Shown: in pieces, positions 62,959 to 64,000 of the stretch
Layout of the letters: each line of letters opens with the position of its first letter
Position numbering within the stretch: the first letter of the stretch is position 1
Sequence record: MW269952.1
DNA length: 64,000 bases
Source of the DNA: Escherichia phage P479
Direction: 5' to 3' (one strand)
Notes under the pieces: model-generated
The model's database searches: none
What the model saw: only the letters and a program-made list of their open reading frames with translations
What the model was told of the DNA's origin: nothing
Program-made: the position numbers and the translations under genes

Positions 62959-63258
62959 ATGCAAACTTTTCATGAATTTTTGGTAGAAAACAATTACCTG
63001 GCAGAAGCAAAAACCTGGCCTCTGGGTCTTCAGAAGAAAAACACCTACAAATGGGTTGACTTCAAAGGTAAAGGCGACGCTGAAGACTTTGACCAGCTAC
63101 GCAAAAATGGTTATACCTTCCTTGACTCCAACTATAACAAAATTACCTCTTTTAGTCAGAAGTCAAGCATTGCCTTCATTGAAACTGGTAAGAACTCTCC
63201 TAAAGATATTTCTGACGACTTCGCCGCTTATGGTGTAATTCGTGGTTCAAAAATGTAA
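62959..63258 (+). CDS. internal-protein-like small protein 3 (CTS-like N-terminus MQTFHEFLVE)
   Basis: ORF track, 99 aa; CTS-like N-terminus. Confidence 0.55.
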   Translation: MQTFHEFLVENNYLAEAKTWPLGLQKKNTYKWVDFKGKGDAEDFDQLRKNGYTFLDSNYNKITSFSQKSSIAFIETGKNSPKDISDDFAAYGVIRGSKM

Positions 63259-63266
63259 AAATGTAA

Positions 63267-63304
63267 TGTACACGATGGGATAGTTGCAGTATAATTATCC
63301 CATC
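63267..63304 (+). promoter_or_regulatory. promoter-containing stem-loop cassette (TGTACA, 17 nt, TATAAT; stem gatgggata/tatcccatc)
   Basis: 9-bp perfect stem 63274-63282 / 63296-63304 with loop gttgcagTATAAT. Confidence 0.55.
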
Positions 63305-63321
63305 AACTACTGGAGCTACTA

Positions 63322-63600
63322 ATGAAAACTTATCAAGAATTTATTAACGAATCAATTAATCACCCGGATATGCTGGAAGACCTGAAAGGACATCTGATGG
63401 TTAAGGCCCGACCGGTTGATGGTGGCGCATTTGAGTTGTTTCTTGTTAAAGGCGAAAACGGTCCTGATAACAAGAAAGTTTCAGCAATGATGTTGACTAA
63501 AGGTTACAAAGTCAGTTCTTCCTGGAATGCTCCATTCACTTACGCGGTAAGCCCTCGTGAACTGAAAAAAGTTAAAGCTGGACAATATACAAAAATTTAG
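63322..63600 (+). CDS. internal-protein-like small protein 4 (CTS-like N-terminus MKTYQEFINE)
   Basis: ORF track, 92 aa; first ten residues nearly identical to the recalled T4 CTS MKTYQEFIAE; RBS ggag. Confidence 0.6.
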   Translation: MKTYQEFINESINHPDMLEDLKGHLMVKARPVDGGAFELFLVKGENGPDNKKVSAMMLTKGYKVSSSWNAPFTYAVSPRELKKVKAGQYTKI

Positions 63601-63601
63601 T

Positions 63602-63639
63602 GTACGTGATGGGATAGTTGCAGTATGATTATCCCATCA
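63602..63639 (+). promoter_or_regulatory. promoter-containing stem-loop cassette (TGTACG, 17 nt, TATGAT), third copy
   Basis: Same 9-bp stem (63609-63617 / 63631-63639) and loop gttgcagtatgat as the 63267 copy. Confidence 0.5.
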
Positions 63640-63657
63640 ACTACTGAGGAGAATAAA

Positions 63658-63843
63658 ATGAAACGTTGTGAATTAATTAGAAATGCTACTGCCCTTGTTG
63701 CTGTTACCGCTTTTGGTTTTAGCATGTTTGCTGGCTTTATGTTGAATATGCTTTCAACTTCTGAGAATATAATCTCTTTAGTAGTTGCATTTTTAATTGG
63801 TTCAATCTCTTTCGTTATGGATAAAATCTCCAAAGGTGAGTAA
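63658..63843 (+). CDS. small predicted membrane protein (about 61 aa, two hydrophobic segments)
   Basis: Internal ATG with RBS gaggag; hydrophobic stretches ALVAVTAFGFSMFAGFML and IISLVVAFLIGSISFV. Confidence 0.45.
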   Translation: MKRCELIRNATALVAVTAFGFSMFAGFMLNMLSTSENIISLVVAFLIGSISFVMDKISKGE

Positions 63844-63844
63844 A

Positions 63845-64000
63845 ATGTATAAAGTGTATGCGGATTATCAGGCAAATCCATCTGAAAAACCAGATTGTCA
63901 AATTGGGTGGGCGCATGACACCCTGCTTGAAGCGGTAAATGAAGCACAGAAATTAGGATATAGTTATGTAGATATTGTTCAACCTAGTGGAACAGTTATT
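63845..64000 (+). CDS. hypothetical protein, 5' part (continues beyond the right window edge)
   Basis: ATG at 63845; open to the end of the window (MYKVYADYQANPSEKPDCQIGW...). Confidence 0.35.
   Translation, partial: MYKVYADYQANPSEKPDCQIGWAHDTLLEAVNEAQKLGYSYVDIVQPSGTVI

Overview
This window is a contiguous segment of a T4-like myovirus genome (Straboviridae/Tevenvirinae type), shown in reverse orientation relative to the conventional T4 map. Gene calls rest on synteny, ORF length and motifs visible in the translations, plus recalled similarity to T4 proteins; no database search was run. Order: a partial HNH endonuclease gene at the left edge; an early block on + (small ORFs, cd, 31, rIII, a 30.x-type accessory cluster with a NADAR-like and a HAD-like gene, DNA ligase 30, alt); baseplate hub/tape-measure genes 54-48-29-28-27-51 on -; 26-25-uvsY on +; uvsW on - with an HNH gene wedged between uvsW and a uvsW.1-like ORF; inh-like/hoc/24.3/24.2/rnlB on +; the late structural block 24-23-22-21-68-67-20-19-18-17-16-15-14-13-wac-12-11-10-9-8-7-6-5.4-5.1-5-53 on -; then 4-2-3-1-57A-57B on +. 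Five free-standing homing endonuclease genes are present (3 HNH, 2 GIY-YIG). Regulatory signals include T4-type late promoters (TATAAATA), GTTTAC-type early promoters, MotA-box middle-promoter-like elements sharing a conserved TATAATGGTTCTAGACC core, and a family of near-identical GGGACC/GGTCCC terminator hairpins. The strongest candidate for a novel system is the right end (62277-64000): four divergent small paralogs that each begin with a T4 capsid-targeting-sequence-like N-terminus (M-K/Q-T-F/Y-x-E-F-x-x-E), punctuated by promoter-containing stem-loop cassettes, directly downstream of 57B (Acb1-like). This looks like a hypervariable internal-protein locus encoding candidate injected effectors. 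No rRNA, tRNA or CRISPR array could be supported.
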